Shown here: positions 32,983 through 45,857 of the stretch, piece after piece
Layout of the letters: every line of letters starts with the position of its first letter
How positions within the stretch are numbered: the first letter of the stretch is position 1
From: Entomortierella parvispora E1425
Taxonomy: Eukaryota; Fungi; Mortierellomycota
DNA length: 64,000 nt
Reading direction: 5' to 3'
NCBI GenBank assembly: GCA_020891255.1
Contig: BQFW01000001.1
Coordinates: forward strand, 372,001 to 436,000
The notes under the pieces: generated by a model
The model's input: only the letters and a program-made list of their open reading frames with translations
What the model was told of the DNA's origin: nothing
Database searches by the model: none
Made by a program: the position numbers and the translations under genes

Positions 32983-35149
32983 ATCTTTATTGTCCAAGCT
33001 AGGTACTCTGTTTGCTTGCGAACGAGCTTTCAGCACTCATAACAATAAACAATGAACCCTTGTCCACAAACTATGTCATTTCGTTTCCATCACCAGTTGG
33101 TTGGAAACATCTTTTATTATATAATTTTCTTTTTTGTCATGAAGAAGTAAAGAGGATACCGCCCTGTCTTTTAAGTCTTTCAGGTAGGAGAGTGGCAAAC
33201 GCTCCATGCTCTGTGAGTTTTATTACTCACGATATTAGGTCAATGAGTCAAGACGGATCTACAACATAGGCGTCTGCGCATTGCCCTTTTAGCCGATCCA
33301 AACACAGCCGACCTCGGCTTTACTGGTCATTGGGTACCGCCTAAAGCGTCTACAACGTGTCCTTGGTACATGCCTGGAGTCGTGCAAGAATATCGTGCAC
33401 TCCCTTGCATTTCAAACAGAGACTACGCGATGCACGCGGTAGGAGGATAAGATAGTTGAACAAAAACATCCAAAAAAGAAGGGTGCCTAGGATCATCACG
33501 CGTAATCACATCTCAGTCTATTGTGGGCGTTTGGAGTGTGTTTCTTTGCTTTTACGTGTCGGTTGGTGACGCTGGTACAAGTGCGATGAGCCGAATGTGG
33601 CAACAGTTGCATATGGTAGTAGGGGAGGATATGACGTTAAAAATGAGAATGTGTCCAAGATATTGTTACGCGATATACAATCAGATCCCTGTCTACTCTT
33701 TAGATTTCTTTTCTTGTCTTTTTGCTTTTGGATGGTAGAAATGATGCAAACATAAAGTAGCAATGGAGGAGGAGACTGCGGTCGAAGATGCAATGGGGGC
33801 AAGACTCGCTTTGATCTCAAAAAAAAAAAAAAAAAAGAGGAGCAAAACACAATGGTGATTGGCACGCAGAACAAAAAAATAAAAGAACGGGCTACATCCG
33901 ATATTGAACCAAAAGCCTCTTCTTTCTTGAGCGTGCGCCCTCCCGCTCCTCCACTGGTGGACTGGGTATCCTTGCAAGTGGAGTCGTGGTTTCTAATAAG
34001 TATCACCCGGCGCCACCAATTTATCGACGCCACTAATTACTCTATCACGTGATGGATCTAAAAAAAAATCTCCAATGTCGGGCATGGGCAAAAAAAAGGA
34101 GGCATCCGGCCGCTCTTCGCTGCTAAAAGGTCTTCAGTCTCTCTCTGAGTTCCTATGCAACTTCTGCCGAAGCAACATGATCGATAAATGGACAGAAACC
34201 TTTCTGTATTCTAGTGATTGCACGTTTAACCCTCAGTTAAGTTTTCATTAACCATGGTTTTCGCTGCCTAAACAAGTGGTGAAAGTTAGCGACATGAAGA
34301 TCGTTTGCCTAACCTGAGAATTAGGTGGTCAAGTTTAGCTGGTGAAGGATGGCGAGTCCGACCAATTTAACTGCCTAAGAAAAATTAGCCGGTTACATTC
34401 ACTAGGTGAGACTGAGCGGAGATGAAAAGTTGTGCACCCAGTGACTGTGCGGTTCCCCACGGGGTGGTTAGAATTCTAGTCCTTTTTTTTCAGATATCTT
34501 CCTCAGTCCATTGTTTTGATTGAACGCAGCCTGAGCCTGAAATACACATCCAACCTCCCGTCTCTTTTCCTTCCAATCCCCCTCAGAGACCCCACTGCTG
34601 TTGGTGACATTGATTCCCCACGCTTCGCTTTGAAGTCTCTGGATTCTTTTTACGGCCCTTCTAGGCCTCAATGAATTGGTCCAGGGAAAAAAAAAATGAA
34701 GAAAAAAAATCGAGAGTGACAGCGTTTTTTGCAGCGAACTGGTTCGGTGCACCGGCTTTTTTCTTTTGAGAGACGCGGTGCACCGGTTCCTCTTTTTGGC
34801 CCAGTCCCAGTCCCTAGAGTCAGGGGAGAAAGAGATATAAGCAGACGGAAAGAGGGTCGTTCCTGGTGAAGGTAACCGAGGGTGGGACCTATGAGTGAGA
34901 ATCGGGTGAGGAGCGTACATGGGCAGGGCAACATCCGATGTCCGAATGGCCAGGGGCGTTGAGGCGACGGGGGAGATCATAGGTGCAGCCATGGCGCGGA
35001 GGGATATTGGTCTGGAGTTGAAGTTCTGGACCAATGGGCTTTAGAGTGGGCCCTTGACAGAGGTATTTGCATTGGGGAAGGCGCGTACCGGATGAAGCCT
35101 AGGTTCGTGACAAAAGTGAGCAAAACAAAAAAAAAAAAAAAAAAGAAAA

Positions 35150-36500
35150 AATGAGGGAGAGAATCTGAAGCGGGGCATGCCCAAACGTTTGCGTTTGACC
35201 AGGGGCGGTGTCCTGACGTGTGCCGTTCTTAATAGCGCAGAATTTTATTTTTTGACCTATATATCCCCACACTTTTCAAACTAGTGTGAGAGCAGAAAAA
35301 ATGGACAGGCAGGGGAAGGCCTTAAAGACAGGGGGATGGTGGGGAGGCGGGAAAGAATGAAATGGGAAACACCACAGCGACCAACCACGAGAAAAATTAT
35401 CCGACGCGACAACGTCATCCATGATCCTCCAACTCATCCAGCTCATGTGGGATATTTGGCAGATCAGAGTTGTCTGGAAGAGTTGGCACTGGCATACCGT
35501 CAAAGTCGGTTAGATTTTTGCCAACCAATTCCAGGAGAAGGGCCTGGACGTCCAACAGTGCCTTGTTAGCCGAGACACAGCAAACTCGTCAGTCTCATCG
35601 GCCGTAGTGGCTTCTCGTTCGCGAGGATCAAGGTCGAAGGCCAAATCGCACTGAAATGCGCGCCACAGTTCGCCAGGGTCTGTTGGATTGCAGTATGTGG
35701 GGATCATAAAGAATAGCCTCCGCAACTGATATCCTGTTTTGATGCGTGCGGCTGTTGACAGACATTGCTGCCACTCTTCATCGCTCTCGAGAAGTCCACG
35801 GGCGCGGCAGCATTCTTTGAAAGTGCTGTGAAGGACATCATCGAATGTTTTCAGATCGTCATATGACCTGGGACTCTCTACCGTAATCAAGAGCAACCGC
35901 AAGTAAAATAGCTCGCCGAAAGAAGGTTGTACAAAGATAAGTCTGCCAATAGCAAAACCTGTTTGCCTCGGCGTCCAGAACTTGCCGATCTTGTTGTGCA
36001 CATAGGCCCTCAGAAACTTGGGGTATGTCATCCGGGAGCTGTCTGGGTTCTTGCAACGGAAGCGCGTCAACGATCCTAGCATCTATAGCCCTGCCTGCAA
36101 CAAGCAGACTTCGTGCGACAGTCAAATCAAGCCGACCGTCTGTCGCCCCCTCCCACAACAAAGCGACCAATAAAAGGTCAACTACAGTACAACCATTAAC
36201 ACCGCTGACATTGATGCCACCACCACAACACCATGAACCCTCCACCCTCATATAAATACACCACACTTTCATACCAATAAACATTATTCATTACTCCCAC
36301 CTGCCTCCCCCTCTGTACCTATTACACGCATAGAGCTTGTCTTAGACTCAACCTCACTATTCACCGATAATAGATGCTTAAGTGAAAGGTCATTTAATGG
36401 GAAAAATAAAGAAACGAGATGTGGGCAGTTGTAGTAGGGACCGCACTGCCTAGAGGGACTTGATTCTCACAGCAGAGCACTTCGCCTGAAAGTGAGCTTG
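35150..36500. repeat. Direct duplication, partner at ~54185-55620 (Helitron relic plus SSP 3' end)
   Basis: gagaatctgaa…cccacacttttcaaactagtgtgagagcag…gaaacgagatgtgggcagtt is collinear at both sites. Confidence 0.9.
35510..36082 (-). mobile_element. Helitron RepHel fragment 1
   Basis: KFWTPRQTGFAIGRLIFVQPSFGELFYLRLLLITVESPRSYDDLKTFDDVLHSTFKECCRARGLLESDEEW…QLRRLF…CNPTDPGELW is the conserved region between the Rep and Pif1 helicase domains of Helitrons. Confidence 0.85.
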
Positions 36501-36776
36501 GTCAGCTATAGCACTGTCATAAGCACTCTTTTCAGTGCAACAGTAGGATGTGTCACAGCTTGCATTATCGGTAACGATTGTATCACAATATTGATTTGTG
36601 GTGACATCCCTCTCCGAAAAACAACTAATACCCTGGCTTATTCTACTCTCACATGTGCTACCGACGTCTGTAGATTCACCGAGAAAGTAACAGTAATTTT
36701 TCTCAGTGGCAGCGGCGGAGACATGCGTCGAAACGAAAAGACAGAAAACGAAGAAAGTCAAAAGATTGCGAGCCAT
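36450..36776 (-). CDS. Small secreted cysteine-rich protein, copy B (108 aa)
   Basis: Signal peptide differs from copy A at one residue; same 8-Cys scaffold. Confidence 0.82.
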   Translation of the reverse strand: MARNLLTFFVFCLFVSTHVSAAATEKNYCYFLGESTDVGSTCESRISQGISCFSERDVTTNQYCDTIVTDNASCDTSYCCTEKSAYDSAIADQAHFQAKCSAVRIKSL

Positions 36777-37458
36777 TATGACAAAGGATGAGTGGTGTAC
36801 GAAAAAAAGGAGTGCTAAGAAAATAGAATCCTATAGTATACAGTAAAAGATGATTGAGGATGAGATGAATAGATCATTTATGTTAATCGCTGTATTACAA
36901 TGCAGTTGCGTCATTGCTGTTTGTAAATAACCGTATTATTATGATGTTGTTACCTTGAGGCGTCTTGTGAGGGCTCTTGTGACGATTCGTGTGGGGTTTC
37001 TGTTCTTTTGGCGAGTTGTATGGAGTTCTAGTGATGGAATGTATGAGGTTCTTGGAATAACTAGTTGTGTTGGTTCCTGAAAGTGGAGTGTAGTGAGTGC
37101 CTCAGTCGACGTCTTGAAAGTTGTTGGTTGATTGGGGGTGCGGGTTCCCCGAAGTCATACTCTTTTATACAAGAAGCGGTTCCTGTGGTTTTTGCCTTTC
37201 CTGTTGTGCAAGATCCCGAATACCCTTGACTTTTTGGTCTAATTTTCATCCCTTGACTTTTAGTCCAATTTTTTTGGTCCAATTATCATCCCCTGACTTT
37301 TTTCATCCCTTGACTCCCTTGACTTTCATGCCTTACTTTTTCCGTTTTTCCTATCCCTTGACCTTTTCTCATCCCATGTCCCTTGATTTTTTTCATGCCT
37401 TAGTTTTTCCTGTCCCTTGACCTTTTCTTCATCCCTTGATCTTTTTCATCCCTTACAC

Positions 37459-37640
37459 TAGTGATTGTAACCGATTAAAATGACTTCCGGTCAAGCATTT
37501 TTTGGTGCGTTTTCGGTTAGTTTCTCATTTTTTTTTAGTTCATGGGCGGATTGACTGGTGGACAATCCCCTTGACCCTGCCAAACTAAAAAAATGATAAC
37601 CATGGAATCAGTTGACGGCCACCATGGTTAGCCAAGATGA
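37459..37640 (+). mobile_element. Solo hAT-family left end (duplicate of 9152)
   Basis: TAGTGATTGTAACCGATTAAAATG in the same context as 9152. Confidence 0.75.
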
Positions 37641-38549
37641 GAAGAGGGTCTCTTCTGTGGATTTGGAGCGAGTTTGAAATAATTACCAGTGGCTGTGCTG
37701 TGAAAAGGAGAGGAGGAGAAAAACAAAAAAGAGGACTACAAAACACCATAGAACTAAACAACCCCGGTTTATCCTTTTCCACTTCCAATGCACCCTCTTC
37801 CACTTCCAAATCACTCTCCTCCCTTCCAGAGCACTCTCTTCCACTTCCATAGCACCCCCTTTTAAAGCACTCTATTAAAATTTTTGTTTTCTCTCTTTAA
37901 TTCTGACCAAAAAAAATTAAGACTTCAAAAAAAAAAAAAGAACTAATGTACGAAGTTGGTAACGAATAAACATGAGATCCTTTGACCCTCTACTAAAGCT
38001 GACTGTATGAATGATCTTTTTTGAAAGGGACTAAGGCAGCTAAGGCAGCAATTGTGAAGGAGATCATCCCTCTTGGACCTCAGTAGTCTGCGCAAGTGCT
38101 GCCAAACGCGCCATGGTATGAGAATTGAGAGATGCATCGTGTCAATGACTGAGAGATGGAGCGATGGAGTGAGTGGAAGACAAATGTGCATGCATGTGCA
38201 TGAATGAATGGAATGCAGGAAGAAGGATGGAGAGATGGAATGGAGGCATGGGGAGAATGAACACCAAGGTGGTGAACGCGCTTCGCCCAAAGATCCGCGC
38301 TTCGCCCAAAGAGCAAAGAAAAGAGGAAAGAGCCCATTTTTCCATTTTTTTTTCTTTTGTCTTCTTTGTCCTTCTGGTCCTGTGGACCTCTGGCCCTCAT
38401 CCTTCTGAGTCAACATATCCATTTCTCATCTCCATTGAATCTGCTCCCTGTTCATCCTGCCTGCCCCCTCTGATATTGCGCATCGTTGTACCACTGGGCT
38501 GGTTTCCATTAGCTGTAAGGGCCAACAACTGCCATATGGATCCAAGGTG

Positions 38550-40645
38550 ATGATTCCGATCCTGGACAGCCTTGATCAGTGAGATATTCGTGCTGTAATG
38601 ACCAGACGAACTTGCTGACTTGTCATTAATGCAAAACGGCAGTTGCTGATGGGACGTTGAGTTCAGATGTGTGTTCAGTTTCCTCACTTCTTCCAGTAAT
38701 GACTTGGCCACTAAAACCGAAACAGAGAGACAAAAAACGCGTCAGGATCTTTACCTGTCGCATGTTTTGATTTTTACATGTGATATGGGGTTGGCATATT
38801 GTTCGTACATACCTTCAAAGTGCATGTCATTGTTGGATAACACGTTGATAAGCACGTCAAAGACGACCTGATCAATCTTTTCCTGCCGAATCCAAAGTCC
38901 ATTGTCCATATAGAGAGCTCCAAGGAAAGAAATTGCATCTTGCCTGGAGTTCAGGCTCCACTGGGTATGGACTGCAAACTGGCCAAGTAGCTGGCAGATT
39001 CCCCATTGAAATATGAACTTGTGTCGGCACGGCGTAGTTGTAACCAGCTCCTTGAATTGCACGAGTCGGCCAGTTTCAATATACCATTCTGCTGTTCGGA
39101 GGGCGCGGTACCAAGCACTCTTAAACTTCAGCCCTTCCTTCACTGTGAATGTAGAAGTCCCACCATCCTCGATTGTTCTCAGAATGCCTTTGAGGTTCCT
39201 GACGCCTGCTTTGCCAACGTCATAGAGTTTCTCCAAGCCTTCGAGTATGTCTTTGAGTTCCCTCGGGTCAGGTATTTTGGCCAATCCTGCGCCGCCTTTA
39301 AGCACCAGCCATAGTCGTCTGAATCCTGCATGCCAGATATCATCATCGTCAGACACATTGAGCAATGCCTGGGTAGCGTTGGCTTGGAATGCCAAATAAG
39401 GGTTATCACTCGACTCTGACCCTTGAAGAAGTTCTGACAATGGTCCATGAAGGTTGACGCGATCGACATCTCCGACATCGGCATCCACCATTGCGTCCAG
39501 AACCCGCGATGCTGCCAGCAGCAGGATATGGTATTGACGGTCCATAGAGTGGATAGATTGCAGTCGCCTGTGCAGGCACCGGAGAATGGTTACAAGGTCG
39601 TTTGGTTCCATGGATCCTGGCGCTGCTCCCTGAATCGCCTTAGCCAACCCATCCAGAGAATGCAAATGTAGAATCTCTGACTCATTCACGGTGTCGATGA
39701 GCGTTTTGATGAGAAATCGCGAATGATCTCAGTTGAGCACAGGAGCCAAATGGATAACCTCGGCGATTGCAGTAGCATTCTTCATAATGTCCTTTGCAAA
39801 TGACTGAATGACTTGAACGGACAAGCGTTCCAGGCGTTCTTTCTCCTCCGAGTCATTCAAGGTGTTGAGTCGCCACTTGAGCTCATCTGGCGGAAGCTTG
39901 TCGTCTTGAAGCGATGGTTGTAAAAGAGCAAGACAATAGGCGAGTTGTCGTGTGCTCCCCAACGACTCGCCCTTACTAGGCAATGGGAAAAAAGGGAACT
40001 CAGGAACCACATTCTCACTGAAGAATGATGGAGACCCCGAGTCCACAGTTCCCACCACAATTGAAACAGCTGCCTGAGAGGAGAGTGTGGGCAAGTACTG
40101 AGGAGCGGAGGCAGCGCTAGACATAGTTTCAGTGGAGGTGCTGCAAAAAGTGGCAGTAGAGGCAGAGTTGATTGTTGCTGCTGAGGAGCTCCGGTAGTTG
40201 ATTCCTGCTTGGGCGATCGCTGTAGAGAATCCTGCCCCCATAAGAGATGGCGCGATGGTGGCTGCATAAAACCTCATTCTCTCATCGCGTAATTGCCTGG
40301 CAGGAATACAAATCCATATGGTCAGTATACAGCGTGGCTTCTCGATGCTGACAAGAGACAAAACCCCTCAACATACCTCAAAGGATCTGCTTGCAGTCTA
40401 CACTTGGTAGCCTTTTCCTGAAATTGTTTTCCCGCATGATCAAGTGCCGCGGCGAGGTCTAGGAACACAACAATCATCTCCTCCAGATGGGTGGGGTCCG
40501 TTCTCATAACATCGACGTTGGTGAGGGCCTTCTTTGCAGCCCGATAGTGCTTCATGACCTCAAACTCAGAACCTCGAGCTTTTCGAACCCCTTCGGTGTT
40601 GGTTTTTGCTTGCATCAAAGCATCCTGTGCAGAAAGATAGGGCAT
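38550..40645 (-). pseudogene. NLR-like gene 2, 5' fragment (helical exon and ARM-like domain), with a nonsense codon and truncated before the NACHT
   Basis: ATG 40645; introns 40297-40376 and 38711-38812. In-frame TGA at 39729-39731 where NLR3 has Arg (APVLSRDHSRF). Homology stops after AVQDRN (~38550) at a repeat shared with 14090-14620. Confidence 0.88.
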
Positions 40646-41499
40646 ATCGAGCTTTCTACAAAACAGTTCGCAGGGTATAAAGTACAGCTTAGGAAACTGT
40701 TAGTTTAGAGTCTCGTTCAAGCTGTAGACTCTGGACGGTACCTTGGAGGGTGTTCCCGTCATCAACGAGTGTAGGTCTGGAAAGCAGTGAGAATGAGTAA
40801 AAGATTGTTCAGTACAAAGATCGAATGACGAGTCAGTAAAAGGAGGATGTGCAAAGGGAAGGCAGGAAAAAATCGTCGGGACCAACTTGTCAGGAAACAA
40901 AAGAGATGAGATGCCCGTCCCTCTTGCCCCAGAAATTCTCCAACCACGCCGCTCGGGTCGAATCGATTGTGAGCATCTGCGTAATGGACAAGTGAGATTG
41001 CTTGTGCGACGCGACAGGCCTCGTACTTAACCACCTGTTGTTGTGCAAACAAATAGACCTCGTGCAACAGTCAAATCAGACTGACCGTGCAGCGCCTTCA
41101 CTCACAGCAGAGCCACAAACAAAGGGTCAACTACAACCACTACCACCATTGCCACCATTGCCACCACCGCAACCTTTAGTATAAATACCTCGGACTTCAT
41201 ATCAGGGCATGGGAAGCAGCCATGCAGGAGGCCCGACTCACCTAGTTGGTGGCGCCAACTTTGACGAGGTGCAAAAGGGCGTGTCCTTGCGCGGTATCTC
41301 TCCAACACAAAGCATGCACTGTGATGGCTCTGTTAGGGTCATGTCTGGTCCGATACAAAGAGCATAAGGGAAAGGGAAAGTGCGGGAAGGAAAGCCGTGC
41401 AGTTGGAGGTGCAAGCATGTGGGTTGGTGGCAACGACCATCAGGGCGAAAAAAAGAAATCACGTGCATTCATCGATATGTGGCACACGCCCCCTGTTCC

Positions 41500-42100
41500 T
41501 GTCGTTCTCTCCCTTCTCTCTTCTCCCTTCTCTCTTCTCTCTTCATGTACCATGTCTTTCAACCAGCAGGATACTCGGATGATGGAGCAACTGACATGGA
41601 ACCAGAGGAACGAATGCCCGACAATCAGATGACTGCTCGCTCATGGCAGTGCATGCATGTTTGCTCCTTCATTCATGTGATTCTTGGATGAATGCACTCC
41701 TGGACTGGACCATGGGATGGAGCAATGTCACCAAAACGAACTCATTCTGAGGTCGGGCCCCTGCTGGTTGAACGCGCTTCAAAGAGATCATAGTCACCAT
41801 CCCTGTCTGTCGTTGTTTGTTGAAGGTCTCGTGGGTCGTAGCCAGCAGTTGTTGCGCGACGATGCATGTTGGTGCTTGCTTTTTATTTGAATTGTTGGAC
41901 GAGGTATCATACATGCATGTTCGCTGACTGATCTTTTGACTTCTCCTTTGTCCCTTCCTCTGCGTTTTAGAAAATTAACGCAAACAACAACTGGATCTTC
42001 GCGCTGATCTGTTAATTTCACGAGTAGCCCTTGCTGCGTGAGGGCGACTCGATCCACTTCGGAAGGGTAGAAGGGTAAGCAGACGACAGGACCCTTTGCC
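41500..42100 (+). pseudogene. BRN1: Second, more decayed condensin kleisin (CAP-H) relic
   Basis: After ttttag the sequence reads KINANNNWIFALI, then LLREGDSIHF with a frameshift and stops. Collinear with 5480-6140. Confidence 0.72.
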
Positions 42101-42649
42101 CTTATCCTACCTTCAGAACTTCTAAAGGAACGTGCGAAGAGCACTGGCAAGGGACCCTTTTGAGCAGTCTCAGGTGTTAGGCAGTCATTGCTGGATGTTT
42201 TATCTGATCGCCTTTTTTTTTTTTTTATTTTATTTTTTTTATCAAAATAACTGTAGATGGATCATGCTACCTATGCCAGTCAATTGGTTTCTAAGGAGGC
42301 GTATATCAGCTTCTCCAAGATGGTAAAGTAGGCGGACGTGACGAAGGTGAACGACACTATCTCCAAAGAGATGTTGGGGCAATAGTTGAAGCGTCAACCT
42401 GGTAGTCGCGATGATGGTGGGCGAAAGAAAAGTCTGGAGGAAAGTGATACACCGCGGAGGCAGGCAAGGAGAGTGAGGGGACAATGACAGTAGCGATGAT
42501 GATCGGAGGCGGAGACTATGTCCAGAAGGATCAACGGCCTGCAGAGATCATTGCTGGGACTGAGCAAGATGAATCCAGAGCAGACGTTGGAGGACATTTC
42601 TGGCCGTTTGTCTTGATCTGTCTATCACGAGATAGAAAAAAATACATTG

Positions 42650-42910
42650 CTCGAACTGATGGCCACTTTCGAACCTCAATTTATCTCTGTCCTCCGAATT
42701 TTCGTTCCTGCCTTGGCCATGGCGATAGACATGGATGCATCCTGGGTTCACCATTGGAGCCGTCCTCTTCCAGACCGATCCATTTAGAACATCGGAACAT
42801 CTAGGCCTGTCGCCTTCGCATCCCGTCAACTCGACCCGGCCAACAGCAACTACCCAGTCCGCGTGAGAGAATTAGTCCATGCCCCTCGCACTTGGCGATA
42901 CTCTCTCAAC
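42650..42910 (+). mobile_element. Ty3/gypsy RNase H relic
   Basis: DAS(fs)GFTIGAVLFQ…RPVAFASRQLDPANSNYPVRVRELVHA…TWRY matches the gypsy RNase H consensus. Confidence 0.72.
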
Positions 42911-43130
42911 TTGTTCCACTCGGACCCAGCCCAACCTTACTGTAGGAGTACAGTTTTCACTTTGGATACAATCGAGGTGAAAAGACATAGTGCCAGACGC
43001 GTGGGACTGAAGCTCTAAATCAAAAAATGAAAAGATAACATAGTTAATAGGCACATTTGTCCATTCGCATTGAAAACATCCTAAATTTAACATCGATACC
43101 AACAAAAGGGGCCGCGCTGGATAATAACAA

Positions 43131-43790
43131 GGCGGTGTGGCGCGCCCGGCCATGATATGCCCAAGGGGCATAACACATATGCCGGACGGCGCACCACGAT
43201 ACTGTACCTTTAACTGCCGGAAGTAGTTCCGGGCGCAGTTATAATGCAAGACCATCATGACATGCAGGAATGGCTACAGATACATCTGGCGCACCCAGCC
43301 ATGATATACCGAAAGGGTATGACACATATGCAGGACGGGGCACCACGATACTGTCTCTAACTGCCGGAAGTAGTTCCGGGCGCAGTTATAACCATCACGA
43401 CACGCAGGAATGGCCACAGAGATACATCCTGCCGAGAAGCATGGTGATCACACCTCTGCGTTTGCGTAGTGTAGATGTAGAAGAAAAACGGTGCCAATCG
43501 TCACTTCAAAGAGCATTACAAAGAGAAAAAAAAAATATAAAGGGACGCCCTGGACACTAACAGGGCGGTGTGGCGCGCCCGGCCATGATATACCCAAGGG
43601 GCATAACACATATGCCGGACGGCGCACCACGATACTCTACCTTTAACTGCCGGAAGTAGTTCCGGGCGCAGTTATAACGCAAGACCATCATGACCTGCAG
43701 GAATGGCTTAGAGATACATCTGGAGCGCCTGACCATTATATACCGAAAGGGTACCACAAATATGCAGGACGGACCCTCAGTGGCTCTGAT
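43131..43790 (+). repeat. Hairpin-rich tandem repeat (~145-150 nt monomers, 432-nt duplication)
   Basis: TAACTGCCGGAAGTAGTTCCGGGCGCAGTTA at ~43210, ~43358 and ~43644; ggcggtgtggcgcgcccggcc at 43131 and 43563. Confidence 0.85.
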
Positions 43791-44405
43791 TGCATCGTAC
43801 GTGTGGGTGATCCAATAGGTGCGGTGGATGTGGTGGTGAATATCACTACTGTATACAGACATATACAAAAATGTATCAATTAGCATCTTCACTCCACCAC
43901 ATCCTCGACCATGCAAGAGTAATTGAGATCAAAGAATAAAAACATACCTTGGGGCACATTCGCGATACGAGGAAGAGAGTCTTCGGTATACGGCCCTGAG
44001 GCTTCAATCAACTTACCAGCTGTCCTGATTACTGAAAGTCGAGCTCTTTGGTCCGTCCAATATAACGCCGCTCTGTCATTTGACTTCCATCGTTCAAATT
44101 TGTCCTGGCGTTCGTTTCGAAGGTCCCATGTCTGTACAACATATCTGGATGACCCACCCATATCGACGGTGACCCATCAGCCTCTCCGTGAGCCTCTCCG
44201 TGAGTTTGAAGGCCAAAAAAAAAGTTTCCGGGGATCTGTCCTCTGGGGTCTTGGCGGACCTGTACCAAGCACCTTCCTGCACCGTGAGATCGGACATGTC
44301 TAATTAGAAGTCAGAAAAAAGGGATTTGCTGTTGAAAATGGCACTGTTTGTTGAGAGTGTAGCGTGAACAATAATAACACATATTCAGGTAGACACGAGA
44401 TGAAA

Positions 44406-44735
44406 ACTAGCGCACGGTGCCAAATGAAGTTTTCAACTCTGGGTTGGTGCCGCATGCCACCGACATGGAGACGCCAAAGAAGAAAAACCAGTCAAAAGGG
44501 TAGGCGTGGTTTTTGGCTGAATGCGCCAGTGATAAAACATCACTGGGCACAGAGCGTTATACATCAAGAAGCCCACGGGCATGCCGACTAGCGCACGGTG
44601 CCAAAAGAAGGTTTCAACTCTGGGTTGGTGCCGCATGCCACTGAATGAGAGCCAAAGAAGAAAAACCAATCAAAAGGGTAGGCGTGGTTTTTGGCTGAAT
44701 GCGTCAGTGATAAAACATCACTGGGCACAGAGCGT
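44406..44735 (+). repeat. Two-copy direct repeat, period ~181 nt
   Basis: actagcgcacggtgccaaa…cagtgataaaacatcactgggcacagagcgt at 44406 and 44587. Confidence 0.9.
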
Positions 44736-45188
44736 CCGCACATGTCCAGCTTAATAAAAGCACTGAAAAAAAATCGTCATCCTTTGCCATCACACGACCA
44801 GTTAAATGTTGAAAGTAATGAGGACCCAGATCATAGAATCATAGTGGAGGAGAGCACTTGCCAGTAAAATGTTATGGCGGTGTGACGACGAATCGAGACA
44901 AACAGAGTGAGAGAGTGAGAGAAAGAAAAAAAAAAGTGTGGAGTTGAAGGATGAGAAGGATGAAGGCAAGGGTACAAAGAGAAGGGCAATGGAGAGAGTA
45001 AAGGTGAGGACACACACCTCTGCGTTTTGGTGCGCCACAACCTCCAAAACGCGACAATTCAGTGATCACGTGGCGGCGATGTCAACTGCATCCTGCGCGA
45101 CCTCTCGGATCCTGCGGGATGTTCCTGTTTTCCTCATCTTTTTTTTTTTCACATGCAGCTGGACCATTCCCCCGTTTTCGACTGATCA

Positions 45189-45857
45189 ATGTCCAACACC
45201 ATGGAATCCAACAATGATGACACCCTTACCATGGAGCAGATGGCAAAGATGCTCAAAGTTATGCAAAAGCGTGTGGCCGAACTTGAGGCAGCAGCCTCAG
45301 ACGCAGTCCCCAGGCCAAACAAGGTCGTCGTCAGGAACGGCAAAGATGTTCTCCTACATTACCCAGAATTGTTGGAGGAGTACCCTGTCATCGCCCAACC
45401 CAAGTTTTACGATACGATCCTTGAACCAGACGACCGTTTCATTCAGTGGAATGACTTTTACCTCACCGACGGCATGGCCTACAACCCTCCCCCTGTTCTC
45501 CAACATGCAAAAGTCAAGCTCCCAGACCCTTCCAGGAAGCATGAGAGTGATCTCATCAAGATTCAAGGATTCATCGCCTCTTCAACCCGATTCCTCGACA
45601 CTTTCGCGGATGAGATTGTGGACTCCGAGAATCGCACCACGAAACTGGGACAGCGCATTATCGACTTCCTCAGCACGATGCGTGTCTTGGCTAGCAACGA
45701 CGCCAGCAAGATCAGCAAGATGCGCAAGAAACTCTACACTGAAGCGCTTGGACGCCGGGAAGATGATGGTGAAATAGCGCACCATACCCATACCCTTGAC
45801 AATGGCATCCGCAAAACGTACCGCAAGTATACCAGGGACAACAGCGCCTGGACCTAG
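45189..45857 (+). mobile_element. Truncated DIRS gag relic (second, diverged family member)
   Basis: LLHYPEL…WND…TDGM.Y..PPVL.H…KHE.DL.KIQG…STR..DT..DEI…SNDASKIS.MRK aligns with ORF 16183-17172. Confidence 0.85.

Larger units (their letters stand above)
27653..34404 (-). mobile_element. Complete hAT DNA transposon, 6752 bp
   Basis: TIR TAGTGA(T/A)TGTAACCGGC at both ends; perfect 8-bp TSD GGTGAGAC at 27645-27652 and 34405-34412. Confidence 0.96.

Noticed and set aside
34451-34480. Helitron 3' end (short hairpin then CTAG-T); a similar signal lies at 11134-11167
   Set aside because: The stems are only 4-6 bp, CTAG is common, and the nearby RepHel relic is on the opposite strand. Not supportable without other copies.
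44029-44130. GIY-YIG-like RRYIGRTK on the minus strand
   Set aside because: Isolated short match followed by stops; no upstream GIY motif.
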